Below are positions 1 through 11,325 of a stretch of 64,000 bases of DNA, piece after piece. The DNA is from Protoeuglena noctilucae (lineage: Eukaryota). The notes beneath the pieces were generated by a model. The model was given only the letters and a program-made list of their open reading frames with translations, was not told the DNA's origin and made no database searches. Numbering within the stretch: position 1 is the stretch's first letter; each line of letters starts with the position of its first letter. A program made the translations under genes and the position numbers. The stretch spans positions 124,001 through 188,000 of the forward strand of contig OY253676.1 in assembly GCA_958009085.1 (NCBI GenBank), in the 5' to 3' direction.

Positions 1-1258
1 CCGACGTTGCCGGAACCCGCCAGTCGCTGTGCAGGCTCGGAGGACAGCGCCTGCAGCACCCCGTCCCCCGTCAGCCGGCACATCACCTCGCCGTGCTCGT
101 CCCGCCACAGCTCAGCGCGCAGGGACCCTCCCTCGCGGAAAGACCCCGCGTGCTGCGCCTGTGGGTCCACACGTGGGCTAAGCATTGACTGCGAGTCGGC
201 CTTTCCGCTTGAGCGACGCTGAGCAGCGCGGGGCCTCACCGGGCTATCTTCATCGGCCCCCTCCTTCTCCTCCCGCCGGCATTTTCCGTTCCGCGACGCG
301 GAGCTCAGAAATATGTGACCGCAAGAGCACTTTTTCGAAGCGTTGCCGACCTGAGAGGGCAAAAAAGCATCGCATTCGCCTCAGCAGGGCAGCGTGGGCT
401 CCACGAGGGTTGGAGCCAGCGCGCGAGCGTATCGCGGGTTCCGCGATACGCACCGAGGCATCGCATGCGGGGCAACGCTTCGATGGGTTACTGCCTCGCT
501 TGCCCATCTGGCTGCTGTAGCAAAGGGCCGGCAAATGCTTGCGATGGGGCAATGCTCGTGCGTTGGTCCGTGCCTTGCAACGATCCCCGGCTTCGTTGCC
601 TTGGTGAAAGTGAGAAACTGGTGGTGCACTCTGGTTTAGATGGTGGCCTGGCTGTCGCTGCCTGCCACACGGTGCCAGGCACAGAAACGCAGTCGAAGTG
701 TAAATACAAGAGAGGCCCGCAAGGCAAGATATTGATGCGAGTCCTGGGAATGGCCTCAGCCATGGCGCTGGACTGGGCCGTCCGGATGCGCTGAATGAAA
801 TGAACGCAAGCGCAGGGCGTGCTCCACTGATGGGGAGGCAGGGCAGGAATGGTAGGGATGGGGCAATGGAATGGAAGTTGCGGGAGCATGGGGCAGAGAC
901 TACTACTCGGCGCATGCAGTGCTGCTGCGCCGATTTTGATGCGTGGGTGAGCGCGGCACATCTACTGGGGCCAGCCGTGCGCCTACGCCTCTTGAGGGCG
1001 GGGCCCGCCCTTGCCGCCGCCCGCCCTCATCGTGATGGCCGGGGGCGACCCCCCGGGCTCCTGCCCGCGCGCGTTGCTCCGTGGCGCAGGCCGCTCGTCC
1101 CTCGCCTCCTCAATGTTCTCCGGCAGAGGGTGGTACGACGGCAACCCAAGCGTGGGCTGCGGGCAGGACACATGGGGCGGCGCTGAGGCAGCTGCCCTGC
1201 TCGACACTCGAGTCCTCGAGTAGTGGCCGGTAACAGAATAGATGCAACACAAGGCGCA

Positions 1259-2277
1259 TCACCGCACCGACCCTTGACTCTCCGCAAGGATGCCTGATGC
1301 TATGAGCGGCCTCACCTCCAGGCCCTCCTCCCTGGCCATCCACGTGGCGAGGAAAGACGCATGCGGCACGGTCCCAGATGCGTCTCGCATGGCCCCCGCC
1401 ACCGAATCCCAGGGCACCGGGAAGTACATGCGATAGGCCATGAGCGAGACGACGAGGCCCAGGAAGAACCCGGCAGCCACGTCCGTGGGGTGGTGCCAGT
1501 CGTCCTCGATGCGCGTGAAGCCGACCCAGCCGGCCAGGAAGGTGGGCAGCAGCGAGAGGAGTGCGCGGCCGGCGCGGCCCTCGGGGGAGCTCACGGGGGA
1601 GAACTGCGGGGGCGAGGAGAAGCGGGCAGTTGCTAAACATAGCAGGGCTGGGTGGGCAGGTATGTGCAGTGAGGCAGTGAGGGGTGTGGCGAGCGCAGGC
1701 ACTGAGACGTCACAACAGCTGTTGGCCTCACCACGCCGAACCAGCCGAACATGTACCACGTGAGGTAGACGAGGCCGGCGGCGGCGTGGGCGGCGTGGCC
1801 GGACGGGAACGACGTGCGCGCGAGTTGCTCTCGCATGCGCCCGCCCGTGCACTTGGGAACCCCGTTGGCTTCGTCCGCCCACCGCGGCTCCGTGTAGGGC
1901 CAGCAGAGGTGCACGATGTTGGGCCTCAGGCGCCCGACGCAGACCCGGGTGACGTTCGCAATGGCCATGGTGAAGGCCACGGAGGCAGCCAGTCCGAGGA
2001 AGGACGCGTGAAGGTCGCGACGGTACCTGGGGTCGCGCCGCCAGGGCTGCGTGAAAACGGCGAGGATGAGGAAGACCCCGACGACGGCGAAGAGAGGAAT
2101 GGTCCAGGCCGGGATGGTGTTGCGGCGCACGGGGGCGCGGAGGTGCAGGAGCGCAAAGTCCTCCGGAAAGACCGGCCGCCTGTAGGCCGGGAGGAACCCC
2201 GCGCCGTACGACAGGCCATATAGGACCACCAGCAAGATCCACTCCACCACATGGGCGAGCGTGCCGGCGACGCTCAT
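1259..2277 (-). CDS. PAP2-family lipid phosphate phosphatase (2 exons; intron 1604-1731)
   Basis: Three PAP2 motifs: RVCVGRLRP (K replaced by R), SFPSGH and TRIEDDWHHPTD. Several hydrophobic helices. A GT-AG intron joins ORFs 1633..2277 and 1259..2332 in frame. Confidence 0.9.
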
Positions 2278-2976
2278 CGTCGCGCGGGACGCCGCTGCGG
2301 AGGGAAGGTGCGGGTTGGGCGTGGGCGCGCATGGATGACGGACGCGTGCATCGACCGAATAGACGTTATCATTGTTTCATCGATGTGTCCAATAAGCGTC
2401 CCGCAAGTTCCATAAGTCCATGCGGAGCGCGGAGCGGTGCCCGAGCACGCATCGTACCTGCACCTGTGGGGACGCCCGCTCTCGCAGTAAGGCTGGCACT
2501 GGGCACTCCCAGGGTGAGTCGACGCTCAAATCGATCGGATGCACGGGACTGGGAACGCGTTTCTGCGGCCGAGGAGCGGGAATGGCCCGTAACGGTTGGG
2601 ACCCCCGCCAAAGCCGCTCTCTTCTCTCCGTCGCCCGCGATGGCCACAGCGAGAGCCAGCTGCCTTGCACGATGCCATATGTGGCTTGGGCTTCAAAGGC
2701 CGTGCGCGGCGCGACGGGCCAGATCCGGCGACCCCGGCACTCGTTCCGGGTAATCACTTATGAGCGACAGTCACCTGACTACGCGCCCGGTGCCCAATCC
2801 ACGTTCAAATCTCGCATTTGCATCGAGTCGGCCGCCTTGAATCGAGAAACCCGCGATGGCTGGCAGTTGCGCCAGCCCATCTCTGAGGGCACCCCTGCGC
2901 TCGCTGTGTGCTTTGTCACGTTGCATCGGTTTGCGCGTGGAGGCGGTGCGACCTTCCAGGGTGGAATTCGAAGAGA

Positions 2977-4353
2977 ATGGGCGAGCATGCGGGGGGCGCC
3001 GATGCAGAAAGAAATGCGCAGCTGATGGCGGCCGCAGGGGCGGGGGATGTGGAGCGAGTGCGACAACTCGTAGATGAAGGGGCAGGCGAGACTCTCCGGG
3101 CTGCCGCTGCTGCGGCAGGACGGAGCCGTCGCCGGTGCTGCTCGTTCCAGAGGGCATGCTGGCGCGCACACCCGTACCCTTGCCGTCATCATCGCTCTCT
3201 CGTGACGACTGCAGATCCATGTTTCCAGGACGAGAGCGACGGGGCGTCCGTGCTGATGCGCGCGGCAGGCGCAGGGAGCATGGAGGCCGTCGAGTTTCTG
3301 CTCGCCCGCGGGGCGCCGTGGAACGCGCTGGACCGGGCAGGGATGTGCGCCGGAGAGTATGCAATGCATGCAGGGCACCAGGTGGGCGGCGCTGCGACAG
3401 AGCTCCACCGTTTTGCGCCGCCGAGCCGCTCTCTAAGCAGCCCCTACGCCCTCGCCCCAGGAGGTTGCGGAGGCGCTACTGGAGGCGGGCTGCCGCGCGG
3501 AGCTCATCCTGAGCGCGGCGCAGCGCAGGATGGGCGGGGCTGAAGCGTGCGTGGGGCCCCACGAGGCCGGTGAGGGTTACCTGGCGCGCCAGGTGTGTTA
3601 CGACGATGCGGAGGGGCGCCTGATGGACGCGGATGGGGAGGCGGTGATGATGGAGTGGGAGAGGCCGCTGATGGTGGCGCACGCGCACGCCATATGCCAG
3701 ACGCATGGCGATGTGCTGAACGTTGGGTTCGGCCTCGGCTTGGTCGACCAGGCCATCCAGGAGTGCGGGCCCCGGTCGCATACCATCATCGAGGCCCATC
3801 CGGATGTTCACGCTCGCATGCTGCGGGACGGGTGGGACAAGCGCCCGGGGGTCAAGGTAGGACCGGGGCAGCCACTGCGCCTTCAGCAACCGCCCACGGG
3901 CCCATCAGCTGCCGTCAGCACACCTGCCGTGACACTCGATACCACACCGCCGCGCAGGTGGTGTTTGGGCGGTGGCAGGACGTGCTGGAGGGCCTGGGTC
4001 AGTTCGATGGAATATTCTTTGACACTTACGGGGAGCACTACGAGGACATGCGGGAGTTCCACATGCACCTGCCCGCCGTCCTCCGCCCCGGCGGCGTGTA
4101 CTCCTTCTTCAACGGCCTCGCTCCGGACAACGCGTTCTTCCACGCGGTGTATGCCGAGATCGTGACGCGCGAGATGGCGGCCATGGGTCTCGAGGCGCAG
4201 TTCGTGACTCTGCCCATCGGGGCGCTGCGGGACAAGACGTGGGACGGCGTCAGAAACAGGTACTGGTGGAGCGACGTGTACTACCTGCCTGTCTGCCAGA
4301 GGTTGGAGGGGGTAGACCAGGACAAGCCACCGACGGCGCAGGAGGGGGCTTGA
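2977..4353 (+). CDS. RMT2: Ankyrin-repeat protein arginine N-methyltransferase 2 (RMT2 type), 4 exons
   Basis: N-terminal ankyrin-like repeats (LMRAAGAGSMEAVEFLLARGAPWNALD), then AVMMEWERPLM, VLNVGFGLGLVD, HTIIEAHPDV, FDGIFFDTY and YSFFNGL. Confidence 0.92.
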
Positions 4354-4398
4354 CACTAGTAGTGTGACTATGGTATACTTGCTTGAGTACGATTGCAT

Positions 4399-5377
4399 TC
4401 AAGAGTGCGGCGACTGCTGCGGCACTGCAGCCTCGGCCCTGTGGGCGACCCGCTCGTTCAGCAAGCAGGCCCGGGCTTTGCTGGTGAGGGCGCGAATCTC
4501 GGCCCCGACCCTGTCAGGGACGGGGAGCGATGCGCCGACGAGGAGGGCGTGGCCTTGTGCCATCGCCACGGCACGGGAAGCGTAGCTGTGGCTCTGGAGG
4601 CTGTCAGCGCCCGCTGCATGCGCCCCTACCGCAGCCCATGCTTGGATGGCCGCCTGGAGAGCTGCAATCGACGCCTGGCGCTCGCGCCAAGTCCCGGTTG
4701 TGGTGTCTGCGAAGTCATCCAGTGAATCGAGGAGCTGCTCAGTCAAGAGCTCGTACTCTGCAGGGAGCGCAGGGTATGAAGAAGGTCGCATGCAAAACTC
4801 GACGCTTTCCCGCGCAGGCTGGGCTCGGCAGTAGCCCCACCTTCGAATCCGGACTTCTCGATGTCGACCGGGGCATCGCCGACGGCCTGATTTACGACCT
4901 GCGGTCTCGATGACGCGGATTCACGGTCGGCGACAGTTGGCGCGATATCTTCGTCGACTAAGCATACGGCCCTTCGCTGCACATACCAGCGCTGCGAGAA
5001 GCTCTCGGAGCCGTCGTCGGTCTTCGTCGCGGGCCGAGGACAGCTGCTTCTCGCGGCCAACGGCACTGTGCTGTTGCGCGTGCTGTGCGTGCTGTAGAGC
5101 TGCAGACGCAAGAGCCTTCGCCGCTCATCAGCGCCTTCCTCACATCCACCTCGCTTTTCCGAAACTTCAGGGCCCGCTCGCCTGCCGAGTGGAAGCGCGA
5201 CGGCCACGGCAGCGGCTGGAACGTGAGCTGGGCGAACATCGCTGGCTGATCATTCAAGACATCATCATCGTCATCGAGCTCGTCTGCCTTGTTCAAACAG
5301 GATATTGCGGAAGCGCCGGAGCTGCAGGGGCCTCAAGCCCGAAGCAGTTCGTCTGACGCGCCTCCGCTTGCGTCCAT
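4399..5377 (-). CDS. Hypothetical protein, probably spliced; 5' end uncertain
   Basis: Three overlapping minus-strand ORFs with protein-like composition. A plausible intron at about 4759-4841 joins KSGFE to EYELLTEQ. No recognised family. Confidence 0.35.
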
Positions 5378-5402
5378 CTGCGCCAGTACTACGCCAGTAG
5401 TG

Positions 5403-7697
5403 CTACAGGCGGACCTGGTACTCCCCCGACTCGGCGATCTTGCGCACCCACTTCTCCGCCTTCATGCCGCTGCGCTCCCAGATCTTGAGGTAGGCCAGCT
5501 TGAGGTTCGAGGCGCTGAGGGCCATGACCGTGAAGGTCACCGACAGCGGCGGCTTGGCCCACTGCTTCTTGGCGTCGAGCGTCGCGATGAGCATGACGTC
5601 CGCAAACAGCAGAACCTCGGTGCCACTGCAGTCACACCGTTGGGTGAGGCAATTCCTGCCACCGCCACGCCTGCTTGCATGCGTCATCTGCACTAATGCA
5701 TGTCGTGACATTACAACTCAGTCACACTCGCATCTCACAGCATCTCACCCCTGGAACTTGCGCATCTTCCACGTGATGCAGTCCTTCCCCGTCTCCCACT
5801 TGGCCTTGCCCAGCTGCGCGTTGCACACCACCTTGGAAGTGTACTTGGAAAGCGGCACCGTCACCACCACGTTCGTCGCCGTCAGCTGCGGGGCAGCGAA
5901 AGAAGCGGGGGGGGTGACGAGGAGGTCATATCATGCGACTTATGTCTCATATCCCATATCTCCCGAGCGAGACGGCCACCCCACCCAGCGTGGAGGTAAC
6001 GCAGACGCAACCCGCCAACCCGTCGCTAACCCACATCACCAAGTACAAACACACACCTTGGGGTCGAAGTCCCCCTTGAGCTTGATCATGATTTCCATCC
6101 GGCTGCCCCCGACCTCCTTAATGGTCGGCACGGCCACGAAGGGCGGCGTGATGCCCTCGGAGCATCGGTAGGTCATCAGCGTGAACTCCCCATCCGGGGG
6201 TGTGAAGGCGATCTCCTGCGACGCGAGAAAGTGAAAGGCGATGCGAGGCGGGCGTGAGGATGGTGGCTTATGACGGTGCACCTTGCCTGGGTGCAAAGAG
6301 ACGGCCGCGTGTGCGCATGGCAACCCATACAACAGGCCCCGTTCGCTTGCAGTCACCTGCTCGGTGTGGTATCGGCCCAGGTTGACGCACTGGTGGAACT
6401 TGACGTCGTCGAGGCGGCTGTTGGCCAGGCCCGCCACGATGTCGGGCATTCCCGACAGGTAGCACTTGATGACGATCCGCCCCCGCACCTCCGCCTGCAG
6501 CACCTGCCCCTTGTTGTTCATCAAAACGTTCACATTCTCGATGATGTCCATGAAGAGGGCGTTTGCGTTGTACTTGATCCCCTCCCGCCTGCGAGGGTAA
6601 CGCACAGCACAGGGCGCCATCGGTGGGGCAGTCCGGCACGACTGCTGCGACAACAACACCGCTCGACGGACACAGTTAAGCATGCAAAAAGAGAAACACT
6701 TACAACCTCTCAGAACGTGCCGCCCGTGTACCGCACCTGTATCCCACCGCCCCCGTGACCTGCAGCCGTGCGTGGGCTGCCTTCTCCTGCTGCTCGCGCT
6801 CCTGCCGCTTGGTCATAAGCAGCGACCGCAGCCCGGACTTCTGCATGATGTACTCCTTCAGGATGTCGTGGTCCAGGACCTGCAGGCGGGGCCTGGGGGC
6901 GCAGCTGAGTCACGCGCATTGACGTGCAGGTGAAGCCGGGAGCGCCTGTCGCGCCCGCGCCTGGGGAAAGCCGAAGTCCATGACCTCGTCCAGGAGCTCA
7001 AAGATGAGGACGAAGTTCTCCTGCAGCGACTGCTGGTTGAACTTGTCGCCAAAGTAGGCGCGAAGGACCCGGGTCAGGTCATGGAGGAACTTGAAGGCCA
7101 GCATGGCGTTGGCGTTGTTGCTGAAAGCAAGGGGAAAGTCACGAGACGTTGCTAAGAGGCGGCGCGGGCGCGGCGGGGGGCGGGCCGGGCGCCCGCGGCC
7201 CACACAGCGCTTGCCTGCAGACCGCGACAAAGAACACGTCGTTGTAGCGCGTGTGCATGAAGGTGACGCGGTCGATGTTCTGTACTGGAGGCAAGCCGGT
7301 CTTCTTGCTGCGCAGCACCTCGCTCCTGAACGTCCCCGGGATGTCCTTGCTGCGCGCAGTCCGGGCGCAGAAGGTAGGGTTCCACGCGGCGCGGGAGAGC
7401 GAAAGCGGGGCCGGCACAAGTGAGCCATGACCAGTGGCGCTCAACTCAACGGGCGAAGCCACGGGGCAGCGAGCAGGGGTTGCGGAGCGGGCAAACGACC
7501 AGCCTCGCTTCCCACCCTGGGCGATCAAAAGCGCGGGCCCTGGAACGCGCGAGCAGGGACATGGGGACCACGGAGAGCAAATTGTAGTGATGTACGCCAC
7601 ATCGCTGCACTCACTCGATGTCATCGCGGTACGTCCGCGACATGAGGACCTCCCCCTTCGGGTTCAGGAGATACAAGGCGTGAAGGGCGCACGCCAT
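5403..7697 (-). CDS. AP2M: Adaptor protein complex medium (mu) subunit, most like AP-2 mu; about 8 exons
   Basis: Motifs LYLLNPKGEVLMSRTYRDD, ENFVLIFELLDEVMDFGFPQ, LQVTGAVG-RREGIKY, DDVKFHQCVNL, FTPPDGEFTLMTYR and LKIWERSG..KWVR. Confidence 0.88.
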
Positions 7698-8179
7698 GGC
7701 CCCCGTCCACCCCCTCGCCGCCAATCAGGCGCGTTACTGCCGGCGAGCGTCACGCAGGAGCGGCCAGATCCCGCAGGCGGGCTTGGCGCTCCGTCCCCGA
7801 CACGCGGACGAGACCAGCGGCCCTCGTCGGTGCCGCCGGGCCAACTACGCGGGCGTGCAAGTGCCTCCGCAAGTAGATAGACCTTCCTCTATGTCGCGGA
7901 GCCTCTATGGCTTGAGCTTTGGACTTTCACTCAAGGTTGACCCTCCAACGACCTTCGGATACAAATCCTAGCTTGCCAGCAGCGCTACACGACGCGATGC
8001 GGCTCAGAGACGGTAGAAGGCGCTGGTGGATGACCAACTGGCACACGCGGGGACAGCCCTTGTCTGCGTCAGCGGCTCAGCGAGCCCAGGAGAGCTGTCC
8101 GGGCCTCACCTATCGTCTTCTAAAGCACATGTACTCCATCGCTTGTAAAGAACAGACGCTGCATCGGCGCAAACCCAGC

Positions 8180-9511
8180 ATGGCGCCTCAGCCGCCTGCG
8201 CCGACGCTGTCGCTGGCCGTCCCGGCCTCCCTCGTTGCGGGACTCACGCATGAAGCCGGCACGATTGTGGCCGGAAGCATCGCCCGATGTGCCGCTGCGT
8301 GTAGGATGCAGGAGGTGGTCATCTATGACGACCCATCGAGCGTCCCGGGCGGCCGCATCAGCCGCGGCGCTGGCTTCCTCGCCCGGTGCGTCTTTCCCGT
8401 ACAGGAACTCCGCATACAACAATTTGCCATACTCGCATGCAACAGCGCCGCGTCAAACCCTCCAGCCGCCGCGACTCTCGCGGGCTCGGGGCAGGAGCCA
8501 CCAAGCCACCAGCTCCCCACTTGCTCGCAGGCTGCTGCAGTACCTGGAGGCGCCCCCGTGGATGCGCAAGTCCCTCTTCCCCGTCCACGAGGACCTGCGA
8601 ATGGTGGGGCTGGTCCCCGCCCTGGGATGCCCCCACCACGCAACAGGCGAGCCGTGTGCTGCAGAGTTGTCAATGCCGCGGGTGCAAAGTCGTATTTATC
8701 AGCAACTCCTGTCATCCTACGATGTCCCCGCAGATGCATCGGGCGCGTATCCCCGGGAGGGCGTCGTGGTGGGGCATGCCAAGGACGGCGCGGGGGTGCT
8801 GGTGAGGCTGGGAGAGGGCGAGGAGGTGACGGCGACCGGCACCGCGCAGGAGGGGACGCGGGTGACGGTGCGGGCCGGGGACGGCGGCGCGGGGGAGCGG
8901 GGCAAGGCAGGAAAGAAACGGCGGCGTGAGCAGGCGGGGCTGACGGTGGAACCGCGCGGGCTGGGGTTCGACCTGGGAGATTCGTATCGTGGATACGTGG
9001 TCCGGGTGACGAGAGGGCTGTCCGGGGTCCTCGCGGAGGGCCCTTTTGAGAACGGCTACGATTGGACGGTTGGGACGGTTGAGAGCAGGTCAGACATGCG
9101 CATGGGGGGTGGTCAACTGGTGAAGCCGCGGCTCTGCGAGGTGCGACAGATTGCTACCGCTTGCGGCTGCGTGCAGTGGGGATGGGTTGGCGTCGCTGTC
9201 GGTGCCTGCGGGTACGAGGCACGCGCTGATCGCCGTCGGTGGGCGGGGCGGGCTGGCAGGGTGTCTGGAGAGGGATGGGCGATTGGAGGCGGAGGAGCCC
9301 GGACATTTGCTCGACGCTTTGGCGGGCGTCTGCGCGAAACTGGTGAGAAGAAGAGCGCTCTCTTCTACTCACTGCATCGCTGCATTGATGTGGATGGCTG
9401 CACCTGCTGACGCGCATGTGGGCCTTCCGATCGCAGGGGACGTCGTCGTTGCAGGCGGAGGAGGTGGCGTGGGCCGTCGCCTCGCGCGTGGCTGCAGTCC
9501 TGGGTCGCTGA
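8180..9511 (+). CDS. SPOUT1: SPOUT-domain methyltransferase, C9orf114/SPOUT1-like
   Basis: TLSLAVPASLV..GSIARCAA...EVVIYDD, FLAR|LLQYLEAPPWMRKSLFP, YRGYVVR, GYDWTVGT, and a terminal GTSSLQAEE corresponding to the GSRTIRTEE motif. Confidence 0.8.
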
Positions 9512-9650
9512 CGCGCCAGCGATCGTTGCACAGCTTGTTCGCCTGTGTCTTACGTGCTTGGCTCAGTTCTCCATTGTCAAGAACAGCATCGTTGGAGCTT
9601 TGAACATTGCTTGCAAGCGTCGGGAGCTCGCTGCAGTACTCGGAGTGGGG

Positions 9651-11048
9651 ATGCCGGGGGGGCGCGGCGTTTGTTGCCACAACCACGACTGCGCCGAGGC
9701 GGACTGCGGCCCGCAGTATTCGCTGTACAAACACATCGATATCTCGAAGTGAGGGATGCTTTGGAGAGCCGTGTATATCGTTCCCAGGCGCTCCGAGGGC
9801 TTGCTTTGGGTGGTTGAGCCAGGAACTGGCCCTCGGTGCGGCTGAGAACGCCCGTGCCGTTCGCCGCCGTCCTGCAGGGTCATCTGCCTCAACGAAGCGC
9901 AAGAGGGGAGCTGCCGGCGCGTCTTCAAGCCGTGGCATCAGGTGAGAATAGGCACCCCGCACTCGGATTGCTGGGCGCGTCGCGCTCGGCCAAAAACCGC
10001 GCTCGTTTCCGACCTCGCGGGTGCATTTTTAGTTCTGCCACGGTAACATGCGCAAGATGGCCACAACGGGCGTGTCATGCGCACGAGAAACGGCCCCCTG
10101 TGCCCTCCCGGCTTTCAGAGGACCGAATGGGTGGAGGGCGAGATCCTCGAATCGCACGACGATGACCCGGAGCTGCTTCTCCACATCCCCTTCGACGGCG
10201 CGGTGAAGCTGAAGGCCGTCTGCGTCGTGGGAGGCACTGGTGTGTACACTTCCAATGCTGGCTAAGCTGCGCTCGTCTCTGCTTGTATTTGGAAGTCGTG
10301 CAATGATTGTGACACGTGCTCTTTATCTTCGCAACCCCCTCAGACGGCACCTCTCCCGGCAAGATGCGCCTTTTCATCAACCGCGAGGACCTCGACTTTG
10401 CGACGGTGGGGGAGATGCCCGCCGTGCAGGAATTCGACCTCGTGGAGAACGACGCGGGGGAGATTGAGTACCAGACGCACGTGGTCAAGTTCCAGGTGAC
10501 CTGAGTGTGGGTGTCACGAGGGGTGTTCGTGTGAAGGGGGCTTGAGCGCACGTGGGAATCGAACCTGTTACCTACCTGTTACCTACCTGTTCATCGACGG
10601 TCGGTCCCCTGACTTCTGACCTTTGACATTGTCCAACGTGGTTCCACTCCCTGTTCTCAACACTCTGTTTCACTCCACAGGGAGTGCACCACTTGTGCAT
10701 CCACTTCCCCGAGAGCCTCGGTGCTGACCAGACGCGCATCTCCTTTGTGGGGCTGAAGGGGGAGCACGTGGAGGTGAGGCGTAATTGTGTGCTTGTGTGT
10801 AGTGGGCATTTGTAGAGATGGCATGTTCAGAGTAATGATGGTTAGAAAGAGAGGCTGGTGCGAATGCTGAGCGTGGGACTGGTGAGGATGCATCCCCACT
10901 TTCCTTTCTCTCGCTCACCTCCCCTGTCGCCCCCTCGCAGCGCAAGAGGGAGGCGGTGGAGGCGGTGTACGAATCCAAGCCCATACCCAAGGGCACCGAC
11001 GTGCCGCAGCCGCACGGCAACTTGTGGGGGCAGGAGTCGGGGAGATGA
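9651..11048 (+). CDS. PITHD1: PITH domain-containing protein 1 (6 exons)
   Basis: Spliced product reads CCHNHDC..YSLYKHIDISK|VICLNE..RVFKPW, DDDPELLLHIPFDGAVKLK, MRLFINREDLDF, FVGLKGE and AVYESKP. Confidence 0.92.
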
Positions 11049-11325
11049 GCAAGAGTGGCGGGGGTTGCATGCGACAGTGTTGGGAGAGACATGCCGGCAC
11101 TGCAACCTCTTTGCCATAGCTCCGTCACCACCTTTGTTGCCCAACTCTCTCCCTCTCTTAGTCCCCCTCTTTCAACCCAAAAAGCTCTCAACAAATACAC
11201 AAAGCTCTCTCTCAATCGTCATCTTTCAGCTGTCCCCACCCCAGTACCCAGCGCTCCCCTCTTTCAATCCTCCCCATTCAGCCCAAAGGGCATTCACAAA
11301 TATACACAATCCCTTCTCTCCTCAT

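Noticed and set aside
1..1250. Short ORFs upstream of the PAP2 gene end
   Set aside because: No recognisable motifs and no consistent splice structure.
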